This document shows positions 20,982 through 30,823 of a DNA stretch of 64,000 nt, piece by piece (the stretch's first letter is position 1; every line of letters starts with the position of its first letter). Position numbers and translations under genes: made by a program. The notes below the pieces were generated by a model, which did not search any database, was not told the DNA's origin, and saw only the letters and a list, made by a program, of their open reading frames with translations. This stretch comes from a bacterium (GTDB lineage: Bacteria > SAR324 > JACQKK01): contig OZ251219.1 of NCBI GenBank assembly GCA_965240465.1, positions 160,001-224,000 of the forward strand, written 5' to 3'.

Positions 20982-22808
20982 TTACGGTCGCATACGGTTA
21001 ACCAACCTGGCATAGCGACCTCCTTTTTTCATAAGTTGCTGATGAGTACCACTCTCTGCAATGCGACCTTGATGAATCATAAGAATGTTGTCTGCTTTGC
21101 GAATGGTACTTAAGCGGTGAGCAATGGCTATCACTGTACGATCTTGAAATAGATTCTGAACTGCTTTTTGAATAGCCTGTTCAGTTATAGAATCCACCGC
21201 ACTAGTGGCCTCATCTAGTACAATCAGTTCTGACTTCCAAGCTACTGCACGTGCCAACGAGAATAGTTGCTTTTGTCCCGCAGAGAAATTATCGGCTCCA
21301 AGCCTCACCTGATTCTGATACCCCTCCTCCAGTTTATTAATGAAAGGGTCAACTTGTGCATATTGGGCAGCTTCTTTAAGCTGCGACATAGAAACATCTT
21401 TTCCCATGCCAATGTTAAAAGCTACAGACCCTTGAAATAGAAATACATCTTGATGAACAACCGCCATCAAGCGATTAATTTCATCAGCTGAGAATTTTCT
21501 TAGCTCTCTTCCATTTATAAGAATTTCACCTCTATAACCATCATAGGCCTGCATCAGCAACTTAACGATGGAAGACTTGCCAGCTCCTGTCGCTCCAACA
21601 ATGGCTAAATTCTGCCCACGATGAAGAACAAAACTAACCCCTTTTAATACCTCTTCTCCATCTTCCCGATATGAGAATTTAACATCCTTAAACTCTAATG
21701 ATTGAAAAACCCCAGTATCTTCTATGATAGGACGATAATCCGGATTAATAACCTCACAGGAAGCAATTGGCTGATCACATATCCCACTGATGTGACTTAA
21801 AGATGCAAGAGAGTGCTGGAATAGAGCAATTTGTTGGGAAAATCCTTTCAGCGGTAAAAATAACTTCTGGATGTAGTCCACAAAAGCTACCAGTACACCT
21901 AAACTCAGGATCCCTAATTTCAACTGAATGGCACCCACAGCTAGCACTGCCGCAATAGATAACACAGTAAAAAATTCCATGGAGGCATAAAGAGCCGAAT
22001 CGTAAAAAATAGAAACGTTTTGAGCTTTTAAAAAACGTTCACTCTTGACTTTGAAGGTATGCCTAGCACGGTGTTCCGTCCGAAATAATTGCAGAGCCTT
22101 AACCCCTGCTAAGCATTCATGCAGCCAGCCTGTAGCATAAGCAAGGGCACGGTGGGTTTCGTAAAAGATAGTCCGAACGCGGACCCGAAACAAGATGATT
22201 ACCAATACTACCATGGGTAAAATAAGAAACAGTACCACCGTCAATCGTGCATTCAGTAGAAACATTGCGATAAGGAATGCCATCATTTTTAGTAATTTCA
22301 CCACCATTTCCATGATCTGGGTACTAAATCCATCTGCTAATATTTCTATATCACTGGTGACACGGGTCAACACCGAACCGATGGGATGTTTATCAAAGTA
22401 GCTACGCGGCAATCTGAGGGTATGTGCAAATACTTTAGATCGCATGGATGCCAGTATATTTTGCATGATATGCTCTACAACGATTAAATAGATAGCGTCT
22501 ATCATATAGTCCAGTAGCACTACAGAAATGGCTACGGAGGTTAAGGTCAAGACACCCCCCCGATACGGACTGAGGTCTTTTTCTTTAATAGCAGGAAGGA
22601 GGTAGTCATCAATTGCTATCTTAGTGAGCCAAGTAGGCACACTAGCCACAAAAGCAGATAATGGCAATAACAACAATACGCCTAGAAGCACCCAACGCCA
22701 GCGTACAATATCCGGCCACATCATGAGAAATAATGGAGATGGTTCACCTCTTGCTGAAAACCGCCTAAAAAATTTATCAAGCCACAACGGAAGACACTCG
22801 TTGCTCAT
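20982..22808 (-). CDS. ABC exporter subunit (TMD+NBD), partner B of a heterodimer
   Basis: Walker A GATGAGKS, signature FSAGQ, Walker B IVLDEATS, IAHRLST. Its ATG overlaps the upstream gene's TGA (ATGA, 22805-22808). Confidence 0.94.
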   Translation of the reverse strand: MSNECLPLWLDKFFRRFSARGEPSPLFLMMWPDIVRWRWVLLGVLLLLPLSAFVASVPTWLTKIAIDDYLLPAIKEKDLSPYRGGVLTLTSVAISVVLLDYMIDAIYLIVVEHIMQNILASMRSKVFAHTLRLPRSYFDKHPIGSVLTRVTSDIEILADGFSTQIMEMVVKLLKMMAFLIAMFLLNARLTVVLFLILPMVVLVIILFRVRVRTIFYETHRALAYATGWLHECLAGVKALQLFRTEHRARHTFKVKSERFLKAQNVSIFYDSALYASMEFFTVLSIAAVLAVGAIQLKLGILSLGVLVAFVDYIQKLFLPLKGFSQQIALFQHSLASLSHISGICDQPIASCEVINPDYRPIIEDTGVFQSLEFKDVKFSYREDGEEVLKGVSFVLHRGQNLAIVGATGAGKSSIVKLLMQAYDGYRGEILINGRELRKFSADEINRLMAVVHQDVFLFQGSVAFNIGMGKDVSMSQLKEAAQYAQVDPFINKLEEGYQNQVRLGADNFSAGQKQLFSLARAVAWKSELIVLDEATSAVDSITEQAIQKAVQNLFQDRTVIAIAHRLSTIRKADNILMIHQGRIAESGTHQQLMKKGGRYARLVNRMRP

Positions 22809-24793
22809 AAAACCTCATCCTTTTTTATGAGATTATCAGACAAACTATCAGCTGGAATTTGAGAAATTTCTTTAGGATCCCCATAATCAGGAGAATAATC
22901 AGCTTCTGTCAAAGCACTATCAAGTGAACGCTCTTGTTGCAGAAGCCAAGCATCGCGATATATTCCTTTATGTTTAATTAATTCCTGGTGGCTATCGCAG
23001 GCCTGCAATTTACCCTCGCTTAGAATCAATACCCGCGTCGCTCTTTCTAGGGCTGAGATACGATGAGAAATAATCAGTGTAGATTGGGCATTTTGGAACT
23101 TATAAATTTGATCTACTAGTAATTTTTCAGTACGGTGATCAACTGCAGAAAGAACATCATCCAGCACCAGCAGTCCACATTGACGCAACATGCTCCTGGC
23201 CAAGGAAACACGCTGTTTTTGACCTCCGGAGAGGGTAACACCCATCTCTCCCACCATGGTTTGGATACCCTGAGGGAATTTTGCTAAATCAGGTGCAAGG
23301 CCGGCTTTGCGAGCTACGCTAATAATCTCGGTGCTCTTTTCAGGAGATATTTCTCCAGCAATAGAGCCCTGTGCCTGAGAGGATTTTGAGTCTTCTAATT
23401 CTTCAGCAGAAAGTCCAGAAAGTAAAAATGGGGATTTCTTTTTCTCTACTTCAACCATGTGACTGTCTGCATCTTCCCCAAAGGCTATATTAGCTTCAAT
23501 AGTATCAGAAAAAAGCTGGGGGTCTTGTGTTATCAACAAAATCTTACTGCGTAAGGTAGAAAGACTCAATTTACAGACATCCACACCATCCAGAAATATA
23601 GTACCCAAAGGTGGAGTGAGCCATCCACACAACAAATTAGCTAGGGTGCTTTTTCCTTGTCCAACCAATCCAAATATACCTATTACATCCCCAGGGCGAA
23701 CGGTAAAAGAAATATCTCGTAAGACAAATTGCTCCAGATTACTAGGATAACACCAAGAAAGTGAACGCACTTCCAGTCCTTGCTGTAACTTATAGGGTAA
23801 AGGCGGTTCTTCAGCTGGTGATATAAGCGGAGGTTCAGGACTAGCATCAAATATCGTCTTAAGGCTTCGCAGTGCCACCAAACCACGCTGAATCACAAAT
23901 AACATATAGCTCGTCCCCATTAAGGGCGATGATAGCAAGGAAAGATACAATAAGTAGGCAGCAAAATCCCCAATGCTCATCTCATTTGTAACAAGCAGAT
24001 TGGCAGCCAGTAGCACTAACAGTACCTTCAATATATTCACTAGCTGTCCGAGAATGGGTACAAAAATAGTCTCTGTACGTACAATCTTCATGGAAATTTC
24101 TTTCAAAGAGATACTGAATGCATTAAACCCTTTCTCAGCCCAACCAAAACCACGATAAGAACGTAGTACATCCAAACCCTTGTAGGCTTCAAGGGTAAAA
24201 GCAGATATTTTACGTAGAATTTCCATGTGCCTAGAGTGATAGCGTTTCACAATTCGCATGGACATTTGTAAGCCCACCAAAGCTAGCAGAATAGGGGCGA
24301 TAACATATAAGGTGATCTGGGGAGAAATTTGAAACATCAGCCAAGGAACAACGATCATAGTGACAGTGCCTTTAAATATAAACAGCATTCCGAATCCCAT
24401 CATAAGACGTACCCCAGTAACATCATTGTTGATGCGAGAGATTAATTCTCCACTAGGATTTTGGACAAAGAATTGATGATGCATTACCATTAGATGTTTC
24501 AACATACTATTTTTTAAGTCGTATTCTATTATCCTGCTGGAACCAAAGAAACACAGGTGAACTACCGGATGAAGGACAAGAGCAAGCAGTCCCAGCAACA
24601 TCATCCAAATGATTCCCTTCAAAAATAGGGGGTCGCTAAATTCACCGCCTTTTTGTAAGACATCAATAGTTAATTTTATCCAGGATGGGATATAAAAAAG
24701 CGACCACATACTTATCCCCAAGGATATTAATCCTATTAAGTATGTCACCCGATGCTCATTCAGCAAGGATGTGATAAACCTCCATGAATTCAT
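22805..24793 (-). CDS. ABC exporter subunit (TMD+NBD), partner A of a heterodimer
   Basis: Walker A GLVGQGKS, signature LSGGQ, degenerate Walker B LVLDD, ISHR; Ser/Glu-rich insertion within the NBD. Confidence 0.94.
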   Translation of the reverse strand: MNSWRFITSLLNEHRVTYLIGLISLGISMWSLFYIPSWIKLTIDVLQKGGEFSDPLFLKGIIWMMLLGLLALVLHPVVHLCFFGSSRIIEYDLKNSMLKHLMVMHHQFFVQNPSGELISRINNDVTGVRLMMGFGMLFIFKGTVTMIVVPWLMFQISPQITLYVIAPILLALVGLQMSMRIVKRYHSRHMEILRKISAFTLEAYKGLDVLRSYRGFGWAEKGFNAFSISLKEISMKIVRTETIFVPILGQLVNILKVLLVLLAANLLVTNEMSIGDFAAYLLYLSLLSSPLMGTSYMLFVIQRGLVALRSLKTIFDASPEPPLISPAEEPPLPYKLQQGLEVRSLSWCYPSNLEQFVLRDISFTVRPGDVIGIFGLVGQGKSTLANLLCGWLTPPLGTIFLDGVDVCKLSLSTLRSKILLITQDPQLFSDTIEANIAFGEDADSHMVEVEKKKSPFLLSGLSAEELEDSKSSQAQGSIAGEISPEKSTEIISVARKAGLAPDLAKFPQGIQTMVGEMGVTLSGGQKQRVSLARSMLRQCGLLVLDDVLSAVDHRTEKLLVDQIYKFQNAQSTLIISHRISALERATRVLILSEGKLQACDSHQELIKHKGIYRDAWLLQQERSLDSALTEADYSPDYGDPKEISQIPADSLSDNLIKKDEVL

Positions 24794-24890
24794 ATGGCGA
24801 TATTAATGATATAAAAATCAATAAATTAAAAGATTCAAATATTTAGAGTCACAAGTAAAAAACTTTACCTACACAATGAATACGTCATAG

Positions 24891-24921
24891 TGAACACAGC
24901 ATATTGAACACAGCATATTGA
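24891..24921. repeat. Tandem direct repeat, 2 x 14 bp (TGAACACAGCATAT) plus partial third copy
   Basis: Read directly; lies in the divergent intergenic region between the ABC exporter and the methyltransferase. Confidence 0.9.
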
Positions 24922-25008
24922 CATAAAGGAAGATTGTGCCTTATCTATATTGTTATTACTAGAGAAAACCCACCCAGAAAGAATGATTCTTTGGATTTGG
25001 ATTAGTCA

Positions 25009-26097
25009 ATGGAAGAATTTTTTCCCCTTACCTTTCATCAAAGTGCCTGGCAGCCAAGATTGATCAAGAGCCTGCAAGATAACTTGCAGAAAGGACAAAT
25101 ACCCAACTGGTGGATGTACCGAAGCACAAATCAATCAGCTTGTTGGCAAGAGTATAGTACTCATTACAGTCCTTGGAATTTGCAGCGAGAAAAATTGCTA
25201 CAAATGTACCGAGATGCCTGCATTTGGATTTCTCGCATGGTGGCAGACAGGCCTGTACAAGTAATTAGTCTAGGACCTGGTGACGGCACAAAAGATGGGA
25301 TGTTAATGAAAATCTTGTTGGATGGCGGGGTACGCAAGCCATCCGACATGATTTATACACCCTTAGACATTAGTGCAGAGTTGTGTATCCGTGCTACTAA
25401 TCGTGTTAAGTCCTTAGTGCCAGATATAATAACGAAACCGTTGGTGGTGCAAATAGAGCAATATCCGAGGCTTCGTCCTTGGTGGATGAGACATGAAGCC
25501 CAAAGTAATGTGCTTGGCCGTGCAATTAGGATTATCACCTGCTTTGGTATAATTCCAAATATGGATGTAGCACCTTTTCTAGATTGGCTCAAGCGAATGA
25601 TGCGTCCTAGCGATTGGCTGTTGATATCGGTAAATCTCTCTCCCCCGATTACAGAAGCTATCCCCCTTATTATGCCCCAATATGACAACTCCCTTGCCCG
25701 AGCCTGGTACAAAAGCGGCCTGGATTCTTTGGGAATCGGTCGACAACGAGTCAGCATGAATATTCATCCCGAAGCCCTAAATGAAGATGGAAGTGCTTGG
25801 CGAGTGTGCTTGAGCTTAAGTAGTCTTAATGCCAAACGCAGCCTAAAAATCACGCCATTTTCTTCTGAGATCATTGAGCTGGAATTGGAAAATCCTCTGC
25901 GGCTATTTTTTTCAAATAGATTTGAGTCCGAAACGTTTTCCTTCCTGATGAGGCAACAAGGTCTATCTACCTCAAAACAGTGGCTGGAAGAAAAGAAATG
26001 CTGGGAAGGGATATTTGCATCTAGAATTATCCCTACCGGGACGAAAGAAATTGCCCCCATTCTACCCGACTTAAAAAGCTCTTCCCGATCCAATTAG
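25009..26097 (+). CDS. SAM-dependent methyltransferase, divergent EgtD / L-histidine N(alpha)-methyltransferase-like
   Basis: VISLGPGDGTKD (motif I), YTPLDISAEL (motif II), CFGIIPNMD, DWLLIS, QYDN, LFFSNRF follow the EgtD-family layout. Substrate unknown. Confidence 0.72.
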   Translation: MEEFFPLTFHQSAWQPRLIKSLQDNLQKGQIPNWWMYRSTNQSACWQEYSTHYSPWNLQREKLLQMYRDACIWISRMVADRPVQVISLGPGDGTKDGMLMKILLDGGVRKPSDMIYTPLDISAELCIRATNRVKSLVPDIITKPLVVQIEQYPRLRPWWMRHEAQSNVLGRAIRIITCFGIIPNMDVAPFLDWLKRMMRPSDWLLISVNLSPPITEAIPLIMPQYDNSLARAWYKSGLDSLGIGRQRVSMNIHPEALNEDGSAWRVCLSLSSLNAKRSLKITPFSSEIIELELENPLRLFFSNRFESETFSFLMRQQGLSTSKQWLEEKKCWEGIFASRIIPTGTKEIAPILPDLKSSSRSN

Positions 26098-27040
26098 AGC
26101 GACCACGTACGAATTCCTCCCAGTCCAAAGGGTCGGCTCCCTCCAGCTGTACTCGCAGAAGCCTAACTCCACCTGAAAGAGCTCGCACACAGCCATCGGC
26201 ATGCAGCACCCCCATTGCTTCCATCGGAGGTTTAACCTCTTCCATAGCTAAGAAAAACAACCGCCGTCCTTCTATCCATCCTGAACAACCCGGCCAAGAC
26301 TTAAAAGCACGCATTTTTCTCAAAATTCCCTGGGTGTCCTCCCTAGAAAAATCTATCCAGCCATCTTCTTTCTTTAGACGCTTACACCAAGTGACTTCCC
26401 CTTCACACTGTTGAAAGCCTCCAGCTGTTCCGGTTGTCAATTTGGGAATCATCTCAGATAACAACCCTGCCGCTCGCTGGCTGAGCCTAGTACCTAACAC
26501 CAGTACGTCATCTTCTTTGCTTATTTTTTCTCTGGCTGTAGCCACCACTAATCCAGCATCTAATTTTTTTTGCATGCGTTGTAAGCTTACTCCTGTTTCT
26601 GAGTCGCCAGCTAGCAAAGCAGCTTGCATTGGACTAGCTCCTCTCCAACGAGGAAGCAAGGAAAAGTGCAGATTAAACATACCCAACTTTGCCATTTCCA
26701 AAACCCACCCCGGCAACAGACGACCATAAGCACACACCACTCCCAATTCCATTCCCCACTGCTCAAGCTGTTTGCCTACTATCGTACGCTCTAATTCACC
26801 GGGTCCTAACCATGGCAACCCTAAGCGTTCAGCTTCCCGATGAACTGCACAAGGGCGATACCTTGGCTTTATTTTTATATTCTGTTCGCTTTTGTGCTTC
26901 TTGCCTCCCCTGCCAGCTACACGCGGAGGTTGAGTAACTACTCCCACCAACCGTACCTGATCATGCTCAGCTAATGAATTCAATGCAGGTACTGCCAATT
27001 CGGGACTGCCAAAAAACACCGTCCGCACTTGATTGTTCAT
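26033..27040 (-). CDS. fmt: Methionyl-tRNA formyltransferase
   Basis: VFFGSPELA, VVTQPPRVAGRG, VCAYGRLLP, NLHFSLLPRWRGASP, ETGVSL..M..KLDAG, RAFKSWPG. Confidence 0.94.
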   Translation of the reverse strand: MNNQVRTVFFGSPELAVPALNSLAEHDQVRLVGVVTQPPRVAGRGGKKHKSEQNIKIKPRYRPCAVHREAERLGLPWLGPGELERTIVGKQLEQWGMELGVVCAYGRLLPGWVLEMAKLGMFNLHFSLLPRWRGASPMQAALLAGDSETGVSLQRMQKKLDAGLVVATAREKISKEDDVLVLGTRLSQRAAGLLSEMIPKLTTGTAGGFQQCEGEVTWCKRLKKEDGWIDFSREDTQGILRKMRAFKSWPGCSGWIEGRRLFFLAMEEVKPPMEAMGVLHADGCVRALSGGVRLLRVQLEGADPLDWEEFVRGRSNWIGKSFLSRVEWGQFLSSR

Positions 27041-27047
27041 GGGTTCG

Positions 27048-28379
27048 CTATTTTTTATCCTTTTTCTTTACCTTCCCACCATTTTTACTAGTACGCATTC
27101 GCAAGGCTTCAGCCTGTGAGAATAGATGCTCGGACTCAGAAAGATGTATAATCTTCTCACTTTCCTGCTCAAAACGTGCCCTTGAGTACCCAAGCACGGG
27201 AGAACGCTTGATAAAATCACCTACCCCCAAGGAAGATGAAAATCTCGCCCGCCCGCCTGTAGGAACCAAATGATTAGTACCACCAAAACAATAACCCACC
27301 GACTGCGGAGTATGCGGGCCCAAGAATATCGCCCCTGCCTGACAAACATGTGCCAATTGTGAGAAGGGGTCTGCTGTCAGTAACTCCAAGTTTGCAGGTG
27401 CCAGCTCATTGATCACCTCCAAGCCGGCTGCTAAGTCTTTCACTACTACAATACCGGATCCATTGGCAAAAGAGGCTTTAATTATATCTGCTCTGGGTAA
27501 GGTGGGAATCAATTCTTCCAAACAAAGAGTCACTGCTTGTGCCTGTTTCTGGCTGGTGGTCACCAACATTGCACGAGCCTCATCATCTTGTTCAGCTTGA
27601 GCAAGTAGATCGCCAGCCAAGTATCCCGCCGGGATATCTCCTCGGGTACACAGAATGACAAGCTCACTGGGCTCTGTGAGTAAATCAACTCCCACCTCGC
27701 CATATATTTGGCGTTTAGCTTCGGCAACCCCGCGATTGCTAGGACCCACAATTTTGTCCACCCGTGGAATACTCTCTGTTCCCCATGCCAGAGCTGCTAT
27801 CGCCTGCACTCCTCCTACCGCGTATATATGCTCCAATCCCAGCAATGCTCCAGCTGCCAAAATATTACTATGTGGCAAGCCATCTTTACCGGGGGATGCC
27901 GCTACTAAGATCTCCTTTACCCCTGCTAGCTGGGCTGGCACTACCCCCATAAACAAGCTCGCAGGACCACCACCACCCCGACCATCAGGTACACACACCC
28001 CAACCCTATCCAATGGCGATACCTTCCATCCTACCACGCTACCATCCGAGCAAAACTCAAACCGACTATCTTCACATTGACGTGAATGAAATTGCTCAAT
28101 GTTGTTGAGTGCCTCAATCCAAACGTCTTTCAATACTGGGTTCAGCCCAGACAGGGCTGCTTCCATCAGGTCTACTCCCACCAGCAAAGAAGGAACCTCA
28201 ACCTCATCAAAACGGCGGGTATATTCCAATAATGCCGCATCCCCCTTGATACGCACCCTTTCTAATACATCCCGCACATGGGCTTGGATTTCCTCATTTT
28301 CTACCCTAGGTCGCTTGTCTAAATGCTCCCAGTATTCTTCCAACGAAGAAAAAATAGCCACCAATCCAATTTCTGACAT
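27048..28379 (-). CDS. hisD: Histidinol dehydrogenase homologue, predicted catalytically inactive
   Basis: Colinear with HisD over the full length (GDAALLEYTRRFD, VGGVQAIAALAWGTESIPRVDKIVGP, PSE, AGAIFLG, GTNHLVPTGGRARFSSSLGV) but with Zn and catalytic residues substituted. ATG 28379 follows GAGGAAG. Confidence 0.9.
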   Translation of the reverse strand: MSEIGLVAIFSSLEEYWEHLDKRPRVENEEIQAHVRDVLERVRIKGDAALLEYTRRFDEVEVPSLLVGVDLMEAALSGLNPVLKDVWIEALNNIEQFHSRQCEDSRFEFCSDGSVVGWKVSPLDRVGVCVPDGRGGGGPASLFMGVVPAQLAGVKEILVAASPGKDGLPHSNILAAGALLGLEHIYAVGGVQAIAALAWGTESIPRVDKIVGPSNRGVAEAKRQIYGEVGVDLLTEPSELVILCTRGDIPAGYLAGDLLAQAEQDDEARAMLVTTSQKQAQAVTLCLEELIPTLPRADIIKASFANGSGIVVVKDLAAGLEVINELAPANLELLTADPFSQLAHVCQAGAIFLGPHTPQSVGYCFGGTNHLVPTGGRARFSSSLGVGDFIKRSPVLGYSRARFEQESEKIIHLSESEHLFSQAEALRMRTSKNGGKVKKKDKK

Positions 28380-28425
28380 CAGATTACTCTTCCTCAAGAT
28401 ATCTAAAGGCTAACTCTCAAACCGA

Positions 28426-29265
28426 TCAGCGCTTGCTTCTTGACGATTTGCCATAGCGTTGATCCAGAAATTGTAGCCGACGAGTAGCATCATCGGTCCA
28501 AGCACCGCCTGAGGCAACCAACTCAGCGTAGAAACGGCGTGCCCGCAGAGGTTCTCCCACATCCTCCAAACAACTGGCCAGCAACCAGCGAACATCTGCC
28601 ACTCTACGATATTGGGGCTGATTATCCAGCAGGGCGAACAGAGGCTCCATCGCCCCTTCACACTGGTGCAGTAAGAACAAAGCTTGACCCTGATAATGAA
28701 GCACCTGAGATAAACGCACGTCTTTGGGGTAACGCCTACGAAAATCTGCTAAATCACGCACCCCTACATCCAGTTGCCCGTTGATAATCTGAGACAACCC
28801 ACGGCGAAATAATTTATCTGCTACCGTCACATCAGGAACACCGGCCAACGGACTTCTCAACAGCTGCTCCATCACTGTGATCTGCAACCGCAATTTATCA
28901 ACCTCATCACGCCAAACCACTTGGGATTTAGCATGTTCTTGTAACTCATTCTTAAATTCTTGTTCCAACCTTAAAGCCTCTATCTCCATACGCTCCAAGG
29001 TTTCACGCAAAGCTTTATTTTCTGCGGTCACCTCCCTTAAAAGATTTTCCAACAGCTGTAAGCGATTTTCTATAGCATTAAGCTTACGATTAGACTGGGC
29101 TTGAACAGGAACTGCTAATGATATCAGCCCCATTGATAACACCAACATCCCCAGCAAGAACATTCTAAAGCAACCTTCAAAAGGCTTAACTTGCCGATAC
29201 GGAGGCAAGTACCTCTGTAGAAAGGGAACGATATTTCTAATCAATCTGCTATTACAATAGGACAT
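28426..29265 (-). CDS. cpoB: Tol-Pal-associated coiled-coil/TPR periplasmic protein (CpoB/YbgF-like)
   Basis: Signal region ending VQA, long coiled coil, TPR-like C-terminus (FRRRYPKD..LSQVLHYQGQALF); directly downstream of tolB. Confidence 0.72.
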   Translation of the reverse strand: MSYCNSRLIRNIVPFLQRYLPPYRQVKPFEGCFRMFLLGMLVLSMGLISLAVPVQAQSNRKLNAIENRLQLLENLLREVTAENKALRETLERMEIEALRLEQEFKNELQEHAKSQVVWRDEVDKLRLQITVMEQLLRSPLAGVPDVTVADKLFRRGLSQIINGQLDVGVRDLADFRRRYPKDVRLSQVLHYQGQALFLLHQCEGAMEPLFALLDNQPQYRRVADVRWLLASCLEDVGEPLRARRFYAELVASGGAWTDDATRRLQFLDQRYGKSSRSKR

Positions 29266-29310
29266 ACGAACTCACAAAATTAAAGAATATCAACCGAAAC
29301 AAGTCCTATC

Positions 29311-30738
29311 TCAAAACAAGCTGCCTGCTTCCCAAGAAGGACTATTCTCTTCTATTCCTTTTCCAGTATTGGTAACGCGACGCAAACCACTACCATCAAT
29401 AGATGCCACGTACAGCTTAAAATCTCCGCTACGTCTGGAAGAAAATACAATCTGACGGCCATCAGGAGACCATTCTGATTGTTCACAGTTGTACCTACCT
29501 TGAGTGATAGCACGAATATTTTGACCAAGTTTGTCCATGACATAAATCTGATCTACCCCCCGCACACGACGAGTGAACATGATATCTTCTCCATCAGGAC
29601 TCCATCTGGGATCTGCACTGTAAGAATTATTGAAGGTCAAACGCAAATTGCGTCTGCTTTGTAGATCTAGCAGATATATTTGGGGCGCACCAGAACGAAA
29701 AGACACGTACACTAGCTGATGGTTTGCAGGATGCCAATCAGGCTGAAATTCAATACCTATCCTAGTAGTGATGTGTTGAGGTTTGGGTTTTCTTTTATTG
29801 AGGTTAAAAAAGAACAAATCAGTACCTGCTCCAACGCTAATGACTACTGCTAAACGACCATCTGATGAAAAAGAACCGCCATTGTTCAAGCTGCCAAAAT
29901 CGGTTAAATAGCCACTTCGCCTGCCTTTTTTGCCTAGCTTTTGGTAATAGATGCGGCTACCACGGAGAGAAATTTCGGTATAGACCAAGCTTTGAGCATC
30001 AGACGATAAGCGCGGTAGAATGGCTATATTGTCATTGCGAGATATAATTTTGGGCTCTGCTTGATGAGTATCTGTCGCTGCAATCACCAAATTTTCTCCT
30101 CTTTCTTTCATGGCAAAAACAATGCTAGAACCCAGGATCCCTGTTTTACCGGTCACATTTCTAGCCATCTGATTTACCAGAACTATAATATTCTTTTCTT
30201 TGAGAGCTTTTCTCAGGGACAAATTACTTTCAAACAAAAGTTGCCCACCGGGTCCCAAATCAAGCACTTTCAACTGAAACTGACCATCTTTTACTTCAAC
30301 CTTTATACTTAAGTCTGCCCGCGAAGAATCCTTTACTCCGCAATACTTTTCGCTTCCCATTATAATGCTGAATAAGCCACTCCAACACAAATTTCTCTCC
30401 AGCAGTTTTTCCAGCTGTCTAGCTGAAGAAACATCCTGTTTATCATTAAATACTACCTCAAGAAGCACTACCAAACGTGCAAAATCCAAACCCTTTATCA
30501 CAATGTCTCCAGCTGGATCTTGACTACTAGAAGGAAAACCATAAGACCGCGGTTCCTTAGAATTAGCTTTTGCTCCAGACTCAGCCTTCAATGAGCCTGA
30601 TATAATCACCAGTAGCAATACTGTCAACCATGTCCGGGATATCAGATCAAAAATAATCTTCCCCCCAGGACTGCGACAAACAAAGGCCTTTTTTCTCAGT
30701 AAGAACCTAATCGCTATGGGAAAAAAATTACACTGCAT
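29311..30738 (-). CDS. tolB: TolB-like beta-propeller protein
   Basis: Repeated PD40-type units (PDWHP, PRWSPDG, SEWSPDG, SPSW), SFRSGAPQIY; tol cluster context. Confidence 0.88.
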   Translation of the reverse strand: MQCNFFPIAIRFLLRKKAFVCRSPGGKIIFDLISRTWLTVLLLVIISGSLKAESGAKANSKEPRSYGFPSSSQDPAGDIVIKGLDFARLVVLLEVVFNDKQDVSSARQLEKLLERNLCWSGLFSIIMGSEKYCGVKDSSRADLSIKVEVKDGQFQLKVLDLGPGGQLLFESNLSLRKALKEKNIIVLVNQMARNVTGKTGILGSSIVFAMKERGENLVIAATDTHQAEPKIISRNDNIAILPRLSSDAQSLVYTEISLRGSRIYYQKLGKKGRRSGYLTDFGSLNNGGSFSSDGRLAVVISVGAGTDLFFFNLNKRKPKPQHITTRIGIEFQPDWHPANHQLVYVSFRSGAPQIYLLDLQSRRNLRLTFNNSYSADPRWSPDGEDIMFTRRVRGVDQIYVMDKLGQNIRAITQGRYNCEQSEWSPDGRQIVFSSRRSGDFKLYVASIDGSGLRRVTNTGKGIEENSPSWEAGSLF

Positions 30739-30823
30739 AAGTTACTCCATAAATCTTTAATCTCTCAAAAAATAGCCAAAAAATATTGCCTCCATAAAAA
30801 ATTAAGGCTGAATATTTATAATA

